NCBI GenBank assembly: GCA_025594325.1
Contig: JANHCV010000002.1
Location: forward strand, 496,001-560,000
Length of the DNA stretch: 64,000 nt
Source: Blastocladiella emersonii ATCC 22665
Lineage: Eukaryota > Fungi > Blastocladiomycota
Direction: 5' to 3'
Shown: positions 44,748 to 55,529 of the stretch, piece by piece
How positions within the stretch are numbered: the first letter of the stretch is position 1
Layout: each line of letters starts with the position of its first letter
Translations under genes and position numbers: made by a program
The notes under the pieces: model-generated
The model's input: only the letters and a program-made list of their open reading frames with translations
What the model was told of the DNA's origin: nothing
Database searches by the model: none

Positions 44748-47351
44748 TCACCGCGGCCCCTCAGCGGCCGACGCGGACCCGAGCATGCGGTCGAGCGACT
44801 CGACCGACATCATGTGTGCGTCGCCGTCGCCCATATCTGAGACGCGCGACCGCAGCGTGCTGGACGTCGAATTCGTCGCGCCGTAGAGCGCCGACGCGAT
44901 GCGGTCGGCCGTCGACGCCGCGTTCCCGCCGCCCCACCCGGGCACGGGCGCCAGGACACGCTCGAGCGTGCGCTCCAGCGTGCGGCGGTCGATATCCATG
45001 CCCGTACCAGGGAACGCGACTTCGTCGGCGCCCTCGAACAGGTGCGTGCGCATCAGCCGCTCGAGGCTCGTGAGCCCCGTCGACGACCGGCTCAAAGTGC
45101 TGATCGCGGACGTGAGGCGGTCGAGCGACATGGCGTCCGAGTCACCCCCGCCGCTGCCGGCGCCCGCACCGGTGCTCTCGGGCTCGGTCAGGTGCGCGTT
45201 CTGCGGCTGCTGGTGCGGGAACCCGCCCGCGCCCGAGTTGTTGCTGCCAGACTCGACGAGCGACGTCACCTCGCGCAGGAACCGGTCGAGCGAGTCGGCG
45301 TTGAACATGCCGCTCGCCGGGATCACGCCCGGCACCGTGTCGGCGAGCGTCAGCTGGAAGTCGTCGTCGCCGCCATCGGCGGGTGCGGGCGCCGGCGGTG
45401 CCGCGGCGGCCTCGGCGAGCGCGAGCCGCTCGAGCGTGCGCGAGATCTCCATCTCCTCGCCCTCCGCCTCCCCCTCCTCGGCGCCCTGCCCACCCTGCTG
45501 CGCCGTCTGCTGCGCGTGCTGCTGCTGCTGATGGGGCGGCGAAAAGTACTGCGGCGACATCGACGCCGCTGCCGCGGCCGCCGCCGCACTGTCGAAGGTG
45601 AACTGGTCGGCGGGCGCGCCCGAGAACGAGGCCGTGAACTCGTCGATCTGGTGGCTGAGCTCGGTCGGGTGGTGCCCGAAGTCGAGGTTGGCGGCGGCCT
45701 GGGCGCCGTCCGACAGGAACAGCACGGGGTCGGCGAGCGGCTGGAAGTCGGGGACGCCCTGCTGCTGCGTCTGCTGCGGAGGCTGCGGCGGGAGCGGGAG
45801 CGGTGCCGGCTGGAACGGCTGCTGCTGCTGCGGGTGTGCGAGGTGATGGTGGTGGTGGTGCGTGTAGTCCATGGCGTTGACGGCGAGCTGGCGGTGCGAG
45901 TGCACCTGCGCCTGCGCCGTGGTGGTGCCGGGGAACTGGATCGGCGGCAGGCTCGAGCTGAGCGCCGGCAGGTTGGCTGTGAGCGGGGGCAGGCTCGCGT
46001 TGAGCGGCGGCAGGTTGGCGGCGAGCGGTGGGAGCTGCTGGTACTGCATCTGTGGCTGCTGCTGCGGCACCTGGCGCGGCGGCGCGTAGCTGCCCGCCGT
46101 GGTCGCGCGGCGCGACAGCTGCGCCTGCGCCTGCTGCTGTGCGCGGGCCTGCGGGATGGGCAGCGGGAGCCCGTAGCCCTGACCCACAGGCTGCTGCTGC
46201 TGCTGCTGGAGCGGGATCTGCATCGGCAGGTGCGGCGCCTGGAGGTTGGGCGAGTAGCCCGCGTGCGTGTGGACGTGGTTGGCGTGCGGCGACCCGCTGC
46301 CGACGACGGCAGGAGCAGCGGGCTGGAACTGGATCGGGTTGGACTGCGAGATGTACGACGACGCGGTAGCGGGCGATGGCGCCGGGTGCTGGAGCGGCGA
46401 CGCCGAGGCGGCGTAGTTGAGCGAGGCGGACCGCTGCAGCATGGCGGCGGGCGGCGGGGCCATGGTCGGCAGCATGGCGGTCGGGTCGTACATGCCCGCG
46501 TGCGCGTGGTGGGAGTTCGGGTGTGTGTGCGGGCCGTCGCCGAGCGTCACGGTGAAGACCTCGGCGTCCGGGTCGTTTTCATCGCCGTACTCGTACTCGT
46601 AGTCGTACTGCTGGTCGTACTGCTGGTCGTACTGCTGCTGCTGCTGCTGCTGGTGGTGGTGGTTGTACTGTTGCGGGTGGTGGTCGTAGTACTCGCCGGC
46701 GTGGCCGACGTGCACGGGCGCGTAGACAGGCGCTCCACCGCCGCCGCTCGGCGAGCCGTAGTGCATGGCGGCAGCAGCAGCGGCAATGGCGGCGGCCGAC
46801 TGCTGGCCGGGGGTGCCCGGCAGGCTCGACGGGGTCGACTGCGGCGACGCGGTCGCCTTGCTCGCCTTGCTCTTGGCCGCGGCGGCCTTGGGCTTGGCGG
46901 CCACCGGCTTCGCGGGGCTAGCCGCGGCGCCGCCGTCGTCGACATCCTGGAGGTCGCCCTCGAGGAGCAGCAGCCACGACTTTGTCCCATACACGCGCTC
47001 GAGCTTGGCGTCGAGCTCGGGGTCGCCCGCGTTGGCGCGCACGTAGTCGGAGCAGGCGACGTGGGTCTTGATGTGGCGGCGGACCTGGTCCTTGCGGTTG
47101 GTGGCCTGCGTGCACCCGGGCCGCGGGCACGCGAACGGCCGCACGCCGAGGTGCCGCGTCTGGATGTGCCGGTCGCGGTCGTGCCGCCGCTGGAACGCCT
47201 TGGGCGGGTCGCACTGCGTGCACTGGTACCGGTTGCGCTCGTCAAAGTCGGCGGCGGCGGCCGCGACGGCGGAGGAGTCGCTGGCTGTCTCGGCGGGATG
47301 TGAGTGAGTGGCGCTCGGATGGGATGGCGGCGACGACGTACACGACAGCAT
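44748..47351 (-). CDS. C2H2 zinc-finger transcription factor with Gln/Pro-rich regions
   Basis: Two fingers (YQCTQCDPPKAFQRRHDRDRHIQTRH and FACPRPGCTQATNRKDQVRRHIKTH) and polyQ tracts. Confidence 0.85.
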   Translation of the reverse strand: MLSCTSSPPSHPSATHSHPAETASDSSAVAAAAADFDERNRYQCTQCDPPKAFQRRHDRDRHIQTRHLGVRPFACPRPGCTQATNRKDQVRRHIKTHVACSDYVRANAGDPELDAKLERVYGTKSWLLLLEGDLQDVDDGGAAASPAKPVAAKPKAAAAKSKASKATASPQSTPSSLPGTPGQQSAAAIAAAAAAMHYGSPSGGGGAPVYAPVHVGHAGEYYDHHPQQYNHHHQQQQQQQYDQQYDQQYDYEYEYGDENDPDAEVFTVTLGDGPHTHPNSHHAHAGMYDPTAMLPTMAPPPAAMLQRSASLNYAASASPLQHPAPSPATASSYISQSNPIQFQPAAPAVVGSGSPHANHVHTHAGYSPNLQAPHLPMQIPLQQQQQQPVGQGYGLPLPIPQARAQQQAQAQLSRRATTAGSYAPPRQVPQQQPQMQYQQLPPLAANLPPLNASLPPLTANLPALSSSLPPIQFPGTTTAQAQVHSHRQLAVNAMDYTHHHHHHLAHPQQQQPFQPAPLPLPPQPPQQTQQQGVPDFQPLADPVLFLSDGAQAAANLDFGHHPTELSHQIDEFTASFSGAPADQFTFDSAAAAAAAASMSPQYFSPPHQQQQHAQQTAQQGGQGAEEGEAEGEEMEISRTLERLALAEAAAAPPAPAPADGGDDDFQLTLADTVPGVIPASGMFNADSLDRFLREVTSLVESGSNNSGAGGFPHQQPQNAHLTEPESTGAGAGSGGGDSDAMSLDRLTSAISTLSRSSTGLTSLERLMRTHLFEGADEVAFPGTGMDIDRRTLERTLERVLAPVPGWGGGNAASTADRIASALYGATNSTSSTLRSRVSDMGDGDAHMMSVESLDRMLGSASAAEGPR

Positions 47352-47793
47352 CGTGGTTTCACTTGGATTCAGGACGCGCTCCGGCGGCAGCAGTTCATGG
47401 AGGGGAGGCTGTGCAGCGTCCCGGTACTGACCAGTGATGAGTGCGTGATATGGGAGGGGAGAGCGGCGAAGGCGCGCGGCCGGCTGGCAGGATCGAGGGC
47501 ACAGCCGGCCGAGCGCCTCGCCGCGCCCCGCGCACACCCGAGCCGAGGCCGAGGTTCCAAGTTTAGACGCCCCGCGGAAAGCCCCGCGACCTCGTCATGG
47601 ACCTGCGCTTCTCCTCCGACCTTCATCATCGCGGCGATGGAATATTTGATGAAGCTGAGCGGGTGAGTCGAAGGCGCGGTGGCGGTGGGTGGAAGGCGAG
47701 CGCGGCGTGGGACTCCTTTCGTCGGCCACCGCGCTCCCTTCTCTCGCTTCTTCGACCGCCGACCTTTCGACGACGACGAATCACACACACGCC

Positions 47794-49062
47794 ATGCAGC
47801 ACGACCACGAGACCAAGAAGTACGCGCGCGGCGTCGTCATCGGCAAGCTGTACCCAGTGCACGCGGGGCACGTCGCGCTGATCCGCCGCGCGGTCTCGCA
47901 GTGCGCCGTCCTGGACCTGATCCTGTGCGAGCGGCGCGGTGAGCACCCGTCGGGCGCGGTGCGCGAGTCGTGGCTGCGCGAGCTGCTCGCCGCGGACCTG
48001 GCCGCGGGCCGCGTGCGCCTGCTCCGCGTCGAGGACACGTACGACCAGGACGACAGCAAGCTGTGGGCGTCGCTGACCCTGAACTGGATCGCGCCGGGCC
48101 CGCCGCACCTCGCCGCCGTCTTCACGTCCGAGGCGTACGGCGACCCGTACGCCAAGTGGTTGACCGAGCTGTCGGGCCACCAAGTCGTCCACGAGTGCGT
48201 CGACCGGCCGCGCACTGTGGTCCCTGTCTCGGGCACGCTCGTCCGCACCAAGCCGATGCACCCGCGCATCTGGCCGCGCTGGCAATGGGCCGCCGGGCAC
48301 CCCGCCATCGTGACGGCAGCGGGCGACGTGCCGGACCTCCTCCCGCTCCCGACGCGCGCGTGGTACATCCTGCGCGTAGTCCTGTGCGGCGCCGAGTCGT
48401 GCGGGAAATCGACGCTCGCGCAGCGGCTGGCGGCGCACTACGCGACGGCGTGGATCGGCGAGGTGGGCCGCGACGTGACGGTCGACAAGCTGCGTGCCGC
48501 GGGGTCCGAGCCCGTAGCCCTCGCCGCCGAGGAGACGGCGCTGACGGCCGACTGGCACTCGTCCGATTTCGTCCGCATCGCGCGGATGCAGACGGCCGCC
48601 GAGGACACGGCCGCGCGCGAGGCCGCCGCGCAGGGCGTCCCGCTCGTCGTGTGCGACACGGACGCGCTCGCGACGCTCATCTGGCACGAGCGGTACATGG
48701 TCCTTGACCCCGCGGCCACCCCCGCCGCGCCCGAACCGACCGGCGAGCCGGTGCCCGCCCCCGCGCCGATCCAGCCGTACGTCGCGGCGCTCGAGGCGCA
48801 CGTCCGCGACCTCCCCGCGCACCGCCACCGCGCGCTGTACCTCGTGCCCGACCCAACCAAGGTGCCGTTTGTCCAGGACGGGACGCGCGACGGCGAGCAC
48901 CTGCGCGACTGGATGCACGCGCGGTTCGTCGCCGAGCTCGCGGCCCGCGGCGAGGCGTGTGCGGTCCTCGACGCTGACGGGTACGACGGCCGGTTCGAGC
49001 AGGCGGTCGCGGCGATCGATGCTGAGGTGGCGCGGCTTCGTGGCGGCGAGGGTGCGGAATAG
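47794..49062 (+). CDS. nadR: NadR-type bifunctional NMN adenylyltransferase / ribosylnicotinamide kinase without HTH domain (intronless)
   Basis: HxGH motif in GKLYPVHAGH, FTSE, VSGT, P-loop GAESCGKSTLA, Walker-B region VVCDTD, PFVQDGTRDGE. Confidence 0.85.
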   Translation: MQHDHETKKYARGVVIGKLYPVHAGHVALIRRAVSQCAVLDLILCERRGEHPSGAVRESWLRELLAADLAAGRVRLLRVEDTYDQDDSKLWASLTLNWIAPGPPHLAAVFTSEAYGDPYAKWLTELSGHQVVHECVDRPRTVVPVSGTLVRTKPMHPRIWPRWQWAAGHPAIVTAAGDVPDLLPLPTRAWYILRVVLCGAESCGKSTLAQRLAAHYATAWIGEVGRDVTVDKLRAAGSEPVALAAEETALTADWHSSDFVRIARMQTAAEDTAAREAAAQGVPLVVCDTDALATLIWHERYMVLDPAATPAAPEPTGEPVPAPAPIQPYVAALEAHVRDLPAHRHRALYLVPDPTKVPFVQDGTRDGEHLRDWMHARFVAELAARGEACAVLDADGYDGRFEQAVAAIDAEVARLRGGEGAE

Positions 49063-49271
49063 AAGGGAGAAGGAGGTCACGCGTGGGTTCATTTTTGCGA
49101 GCACAGCGAGGTGAGAGGTGGGTGCGCGACGCGTTTTGGGCGGCGGCGCCACTCGTCGGTCGCGCGGCGCGTGCGCGTCTGGCACTTGGCTCGCCCCAGC
49201 GCCCCCCCTTGTCCCTCTCCCTCTCCTCTCCCTCTCGTCCGCTGCAACGCTGAGCCGTGATCCGCGCGATC

Positions 49272-50514
49272 ATGCCCGTCGTAGTCCCTGCAACGCAATC
49301 CAACAGCACCACCACCATGGCATCAACAACCCCGCCCCCCACCGGCGCCGCCGCTCCCGCATCCGTCGACTTTGGCCCGTTCACGGCACACTTTGCGACG
49401 CAGCGCGCGCAGGGCAACCGGCCCGAGCAGCAGGACGAGACTTTGATCCTGGCCCCGCTGGACCTGGCCCCCGTCTTGCCCGGCCGCCCCAAGACGCTGG
49501 CGCGCGTGACCCCGCTCGCCCTGTTCGCCGTCATGGACGGCCACGGGAGCGACGGCGGGAAGGCCTCGCGCAGCGTGCGCGACGCGCTCGCCCGCGAGGC
49601 GCCCGTCCACTTTGCCGCCGCCGTCGCGGAACACGTCCCCGAGGACGGCGACGCCGAGGATGTGGCGGCGGTCGAGCGCGCGATCCGCCAGGCGCTCGCG
49701 GCGACCGTCCTCGCGGTGCATGGGGATCTCACGACGGACGCCGGCGTCGACTGCTACCTGTCGGGCACCACGCTCGTCCTCGCCGCGCTCACGGCACGGT
49801 CCGTGCATGTCGCCAACCTCGGCGATTCCCGCGCGGTGCTTGGGCGTGTGCGGCCGGACGGGTCGGTCGAGGCCAAGCCCTTGTCCAAGTCCGTTTTCTC
49901 GGGAGCGGTTCGGTGACGGGGCGAAGCTGACTCGAACGCGACGGCGACGACGACGACGTGTAGCGACCACACCTGCTCGAACAAGGAGGAGCTCGACCGC
50001 GTGTTGAAAAAGGGCGCCCGCGTCGAGCGGTCTGCGACCGAGGGCGCCGGCGACGGTACTCGCACCCCCTTGCACTCCCGCGGAACCGGCACTAACCCAC
50101 CGCGCGCACGCGCGTGTAGACGGCCCGCTGCGCCTGTTCAAGGGCTCGATGCCGTACCCGGGCCTGGTCGTGACGCGCGCGCTCGGCGACACGGCGTCCA
50201 CGGCGATCGGCGTGCTGTCGACGCCCGAGCTGACGGACCACGCGCTCGATGTCTCGGGTGGCGGCGGCGACACGATGCTGATCCTGGCCTCGGACGGCGT
50301 GTGGGACGGGCTGCCCGGGCCGACCGAGGCCATTGGCGTCGTCCAGCGCGTGCTCGCCAAGGCGCCCGCGAACGGCGGTGTCTCAGGCCGCGTCGCCGAG
50401 GTGGCGTCCAAGAAGCTCATCAAGGCCGCGCTCGCGGGACTCGACAAGCGGCAGATCGACGATAACGTGTCGAATGTGTGCGTGCTGCTCACCAAGAACG
50501 AGGGCGCCCAGTAG
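49272..50514 (+). CDS. PP2C/PPM-family protein phosphatase; two introns
   Basis: EQQD, AVMDGHG, SGTT, ANLGDSRAV, DH, VTRALGD, LASDGVWD, DN. Confidence 0.93.
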
Positions 50515-51189
50515 TGCGTCTGTGGGAGGAGACTGGAACGGGGAAGAGAGTAGTAGTAGTAGTGATTGCGGAAATCCAACGCCAAACATTTTTCTTGCCT
50601 TCTCCGCTGTCTCGCACGGCGCACGTGGCGCGACGCGACGCGACTCCCGGGTGCGAGACACGCTCGAACATGACACAGGATGCGTCACGCTGATCCGCGG
50701 CCGACGGATCGCCCCCCGCAAGGTTTCTCGCTCGTTCATCCGGCGGGGCGGCGCGCGCCGCGCCACCATCGCCGACGACTGGCCGCCGCCGTCAACACGA
50801 CAAGGTTCGCGCGCCGGCGTGAAAGGCAGGCGGGGAGAGGAGCAGGGAGAGGAGAGAATTCGGTCGCTCCTCGAGGCGTGGCGGCCGCCGCCGACGCGTT
50901 CCCACTCCTGGTCGGTCCTGGGCATGGTCAGCTTCGCGCGCACCGCTCCCTCTCTCTCTCTTGCTGCACTCAACGACTCTCCCTCCTTCTGCCACGTAGC
51001 ACTTGCTTGTGTTGTGTGTGATTGACTAGAGACACTCGCAGACTCGCTGCCGCCGCCCTACTCGCGCAACCTTCGCGCTCCCCCAACTCCATCCATCGCA
51101 TACGATACCCCGCGACTCTGCACCGTGCGCATCTCCATCTCGCTGCTGCTGTGCCAAGACGCGCGTGTGCTCACGCCACGCCCCGGTAG

Positions 51190-52445
51190 ATGGCCGCGAA
51201 ACGCACCCGCAGCACCTTCACCGCGGCCGAGGTGGCCAAGCACGCGTCCGAGAACGACTGCTGGATCACGCGCCGCGGCCGCGTCTACGACGTGACGCCG
51301 TTCCTGCACGACCACGTACGTCCCTGTTCTGCGCGTGTGCTCGCGCCGCGAGACTAACCGTGACCCCATTGTAGCCCGGAGGTCCCGACCTCATCTCCGA
51401 GTACGCCGGGCGCGATCTGGACGCGCTGATGCGCGACGGCGACGTGCACGAGCACTCGGAGGTCGCGTACGACATTCTCGAGGACTACCTGATCGGCCAC
51501 CTCGAAGACAGCGGCGACAACGCGTCCGACAGCGGCGCCGACGTCGGCGACATGGACGACGCGCTGCCCTCGACGACGTCGACGACGACGACGGTCCACG
51601 GCGCCGTGCGTGCAGCGCGCGCCGCGCAGACGCTGGCCGGGATCGTGGACCCCGTGTCCGCCCTCGACGACCAGCTGACCGAGGAGCTCGCGTCGGCCAA
51701 GCAGCCGCTGCTCGACCTGTCCAAGCCGCTGCTGTGGCAGATGCTGACGGCCAACTTCTCCAAGGACTACTACATGACGCAGGTGCACATTCCGCGCCAC
51801 CTGCCCGAGCCCGCCACCATCTTCGCGAATCCGGTCCTCGAGCTGCTCACGCGCACGCCCTGGTACCTCGTCCCGCTGTGCTGGCTGCCCGTCGTCGCGT
51901 ACCTCGCCTACGACGCGACCGCCACGGGCGGCATGTCGCTGCCCGTCCTCGGCGCGCACTTCGCGGCGGGGCTCGTCATGTGGACCTTCTTCGAGTACAC
52001 GTTCCACCGATTCCTGTTCCACGCCGACGCGCTGCTGCCCGACCACCCGCTCGCCCTGACGGTGCACTTCCTGATGCACGGCATCCACCACTACCTGCCC
52101 ATGGACCGCATGCGGCTGGTCCTCCCGCCCGTCTTCTTTGCCCTCATCGTGCAGCCGCCGTGGTGGGCGTTCCGCGCCGTCCTCGACTACGCCACGTGCG
52201 CCGCGCTCTTTTCGGGCGGCATCGCCGGCTACGTCGTCTACGACCTCACCCACTACTACCTCCACCACGCCCGCGTCCGCACCCCGCACCTCCGCGAGAT
52301 GAAGAAGTACCACCTCGCGCACCACTACAAGAACTACGACTCGGCCTACGGCATCACGTCCAAGCTCTGGGACTACGCCTTCGCCACGGTTCTCGACTAC
52401 GCGGCGCCCGCGCCGGGGGCCAAGGCCAAGCCCAAGGCGGCGTAG
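51190..52445 (+). CDS. scs7: Sphingolipid fatty acid 2-hydroxylase with N-terminal cytochrome b5 domain (intron 51316-51374)
   Basis: VYDVTPFLHDH|PGG heme motif and His boxes EYTFHRFLFH, HGIHH, YDLTHYYLHH, HLAHHYKN. Confidence 0.95.
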
Positions 52446-52649
52446 TGGATTGTGGAAGATGGTTGGGTCGCTTGCATTGCCCCCCTCATTGTCACGGTAA
52501 ATTAATTCGTTGCATTCTATTTTATGTGTGCGGTTAGCGAGTGAGCGAGGACCGACCTCGGAGCCCTCGCGCCGTTCAAGTCCGCGCGCCCCTCGCCTCC
52601 ACCCCTCGACGCCTCGCACTGCAGCACATGTAAACCACTTGATGCATCC

Positions 52650-55053
52650 ATGACCGACGCGACGCAAAAGTTCATCACCAAGCTCTCGGCCGCCATCGAG
52701 GCCGAGCGGCTCGCCGAGGTCGAGGAGACCGAGGCCCTGCTCAAGAGTACGCCGCCGCGTCCCTGATCCGCGTCACTCCGCCCCCTGACGCTCTCGCCGC
52801 CGTACCGTAGAGTACTCGCCCGCCCAGGTCCAGAAGGCCGGCCTCGGCCTCATCAATCTCAAGATCGGCGCGACGCGGACCGGGCTCGGCGGGAAATGGT
52901 GCGCCGCGCGCGCCGCGCGCGCCTCGCCTCCGCCGACTCTCGCTGACGCCGTACCCGTGCTAGCCTTGTGGACCTCGAGCCTGCGACGCCGGGCGTCGAC
53001 GCGCTCCCGCCGCACAAGCTGCGCACCGGCGACATTGTCGCGCTCGAGAACCACAGCTCGTCCGACCGCCCCACCTCCGCGAAACCCGCGGACGGCGGCA
53101 GCGGTAAGGCGGGCAGCGCGACCAGCGGCGTCGTGTACCGCGTCACCGAGGCGAAAATCACGCTCGTTCTCGATGACGATCCGTCGGACGAGCTCAGCGA
53201 GAAGCTGCGCATGTACGCTTCACCCGTCGCAGCTCCACCATGCCCTCGGAACTGACATCTCGTGTAGTATCCGCCTCGCCAACGAGATCACGTACAAGCG
53301 GCTGCAGGCGACGCTGCGCGACCTGACGGACGCCGTCGACGGCAAGCACCCGGCCGCGCAACGGTCGTCGCTCCCGCGTGTCCTGCTCGGGCTCGGGGCG
53401 CCGTCGTTTGACGAGTCGAGCACGAAGCCGCTCAAGCTGTTCAACCCGGACCTCAACGCGAGCCAGAAGGAGGCGGTCCGATTCGCGCTCACGGCGTCGG
53501 ATGTCGCACTGATCCACGGACCTGTGCGCTCGAACTCACTGCGTCTCCTCGCGCGACGTACTGACCCCGAGAACACTTTTAGCCCGGCACTGGTAAGACC
53601 CAGACCCTGATCGAGATCGTGCGCCAGCTCGTCGCGCGCGGCGAAAAGGTCCTGTTCTGCGGGCCCTCCAACATCTCGGTCGACAACGTCGTCGAGCGGC
53701 TCGCGCCCACCAAGCTCCCCGTCCTGCGCATCGGCCACCCGGCGCGCGTCCTGCCCTCGGTCCTCGCCCACTGCCTCGACGTCCGCGTCCGCACCTGCGA
53801 CGAGGGCCAGATCGTCGCCGACGTCGTCCGCGATATCGACACCAAGCTCGCCGGCGTCCGCAAGACCCGCAGCCGCGTCGAGCGGCGTGCGATTTATGCG
53901 GACGTCAAGCTCCTGCGCAAGGAGCAGCGCGCGCGCGAGGCCAACGTTGTCGCGAACTTGTTGACGCAGGCCAAGGTCGTGCTCACGACGCTTAACGGCG
54001 CGGGCAGCAGGAAGCTCGGCAAGTACGACTTTGACACGGTGATTATCGACGAGTGCGCGCAGGCGCTCGGTACGCTCTCAACTCCGTCATCTTGTTGCAA
54101 AGCCGCGCTCATCCCGCGCCGAGTGTAGAGCCCGAGTGCTGGACCGCGCTGCTCAAGGGCCGCCGCGCGATCCTGGCCGGCGACCATCTGCAGCTCCCGC
54201 CGACCATCAAGGCGTCGACGGGCACGACTGCGGGCGTGCTCGCGACGACGCTGTTCGAGCGGCTCATGCAGCGACACGGCGACGCCGTCGCGCGGTTGCT
54301 TTCGGTGCAGTACCGCATGCACGCGGACATCATGGGCTACTCGAGCGCCGCACTGTACGACGGCAAGCTCGAAGCGCACGACACGGTAGCCGCCCACGTC
54401 CTGCCCGACCTGCCGCACCTCACGGACACGGAAGACACGCGCGCGACGCTCGTCCTCATCGACACGGCCGGGTGCGACCTGCTCGAGACGCGCGGCGACG
54501 CGGACGGCGCGAACCCGCTCGCCGCCGACTCGAAATGCAACGAGGGCGAGGCCGACCTCGTCGTCGCGCACGTCCGCACGCTCGTCGAGGCCGGCCTACC
54601 GCCGCGCGACGTCGTCGTCCTCACGCCGTACAATGCGCAGGTCGCGCTCATCAAGGACTGCCTGCGCGCCACCGCGGCTGCGGGCGACCTGCCCGCCGCA
54701 GTCGTCGGGTCGACCGAGGAGCTCGCGATCGAGGTCGGGTCGATTGACGGCATGCAGGGCCGCGAAAAGGAGGCGGTCGTCATCTCGCTCGTCCGCAGCA
54801 ACGACGCGCGCGAGGTCGGGTTCCTCGCGGAGCGCCGCCGGCTCAATGTTGCGATCACCCGCGCCAGGCGGCATTTGTGTGTCATCTGCGACAGTACGTT
54901 ATCTCTGGGTGCGTTGTCAGTGGGTTGATGGGTGCTAACGGACCTCGTTCGTCGGGGGTGCGTGTAGGCGAGACGGTGTCGACCAACGAGTTTTGCCGCG
55001 GCCTCGTCGAGTATATGTCCGAGCACGGCGACCTGCGATACCCGGGTTACTGA
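52650..55053 (+). CDS. hcs1: SF1 Upf1-like DNA/RNA helicase Hcs1/IGHMBP2; about seven introns
   Basis: LNASQKEAV, IHGP|PGTGKT, PSNISVDN, IIDECAQA, LAGDHLQLPP, QYRM, SIDGMQGREKE, RRLNVAITRA. Confidence 0.93.
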
Positions 55054-55262
55054 ACGCGATGTTCCCGATCTTCTTAAACCTTGAATAATTGATTCGATCT
55101 CGCTCTATGCCTTGTGCAGTATCGTTGACCTGGATGTGGCCGCTGCCGACCGCGGCAGGACCATAAAAGAACCCGCGTGATGGCTTCGCGCCGACAGCGG
55201 TGACCACGAGTGACGTCAATATCATCGACTGCGGCATCAAGGGCGAGAGGAGGGACCGACGA

Positions 55263-55283
55263 GCGCGTCAGATCGTCACGTGC
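55263..55283 (+). promoter_or_regulatory. Composite element GCGCG-N8-TCACGTG
   Basis: Same spacing; about 250 bp upstream of ATG 55530. Confidence 0.5.
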
Positions 55284-55529
55284 GGATGAGGAACGCGAAA
55301 CGGCTGGGTTCGATAGAGCCAACGCCTCTAACGAGTCCGAAAACGAGGGCAAACACCGGCATAAAATACTTAGCCTGATCTTTTCTCTGGTCGTAGTGGA
55401 TAAAAACAGGCGAGAAGACCGGAAGCCACACGCAAAGGAACTGCCGTGGCGGCAGCGACTCCCACGCGCCGGCCGCCTTCTCGCCGCTGCCGCGCTCGTG
55501 CCGTGCTTACCCACCCCGCGCATACAACC

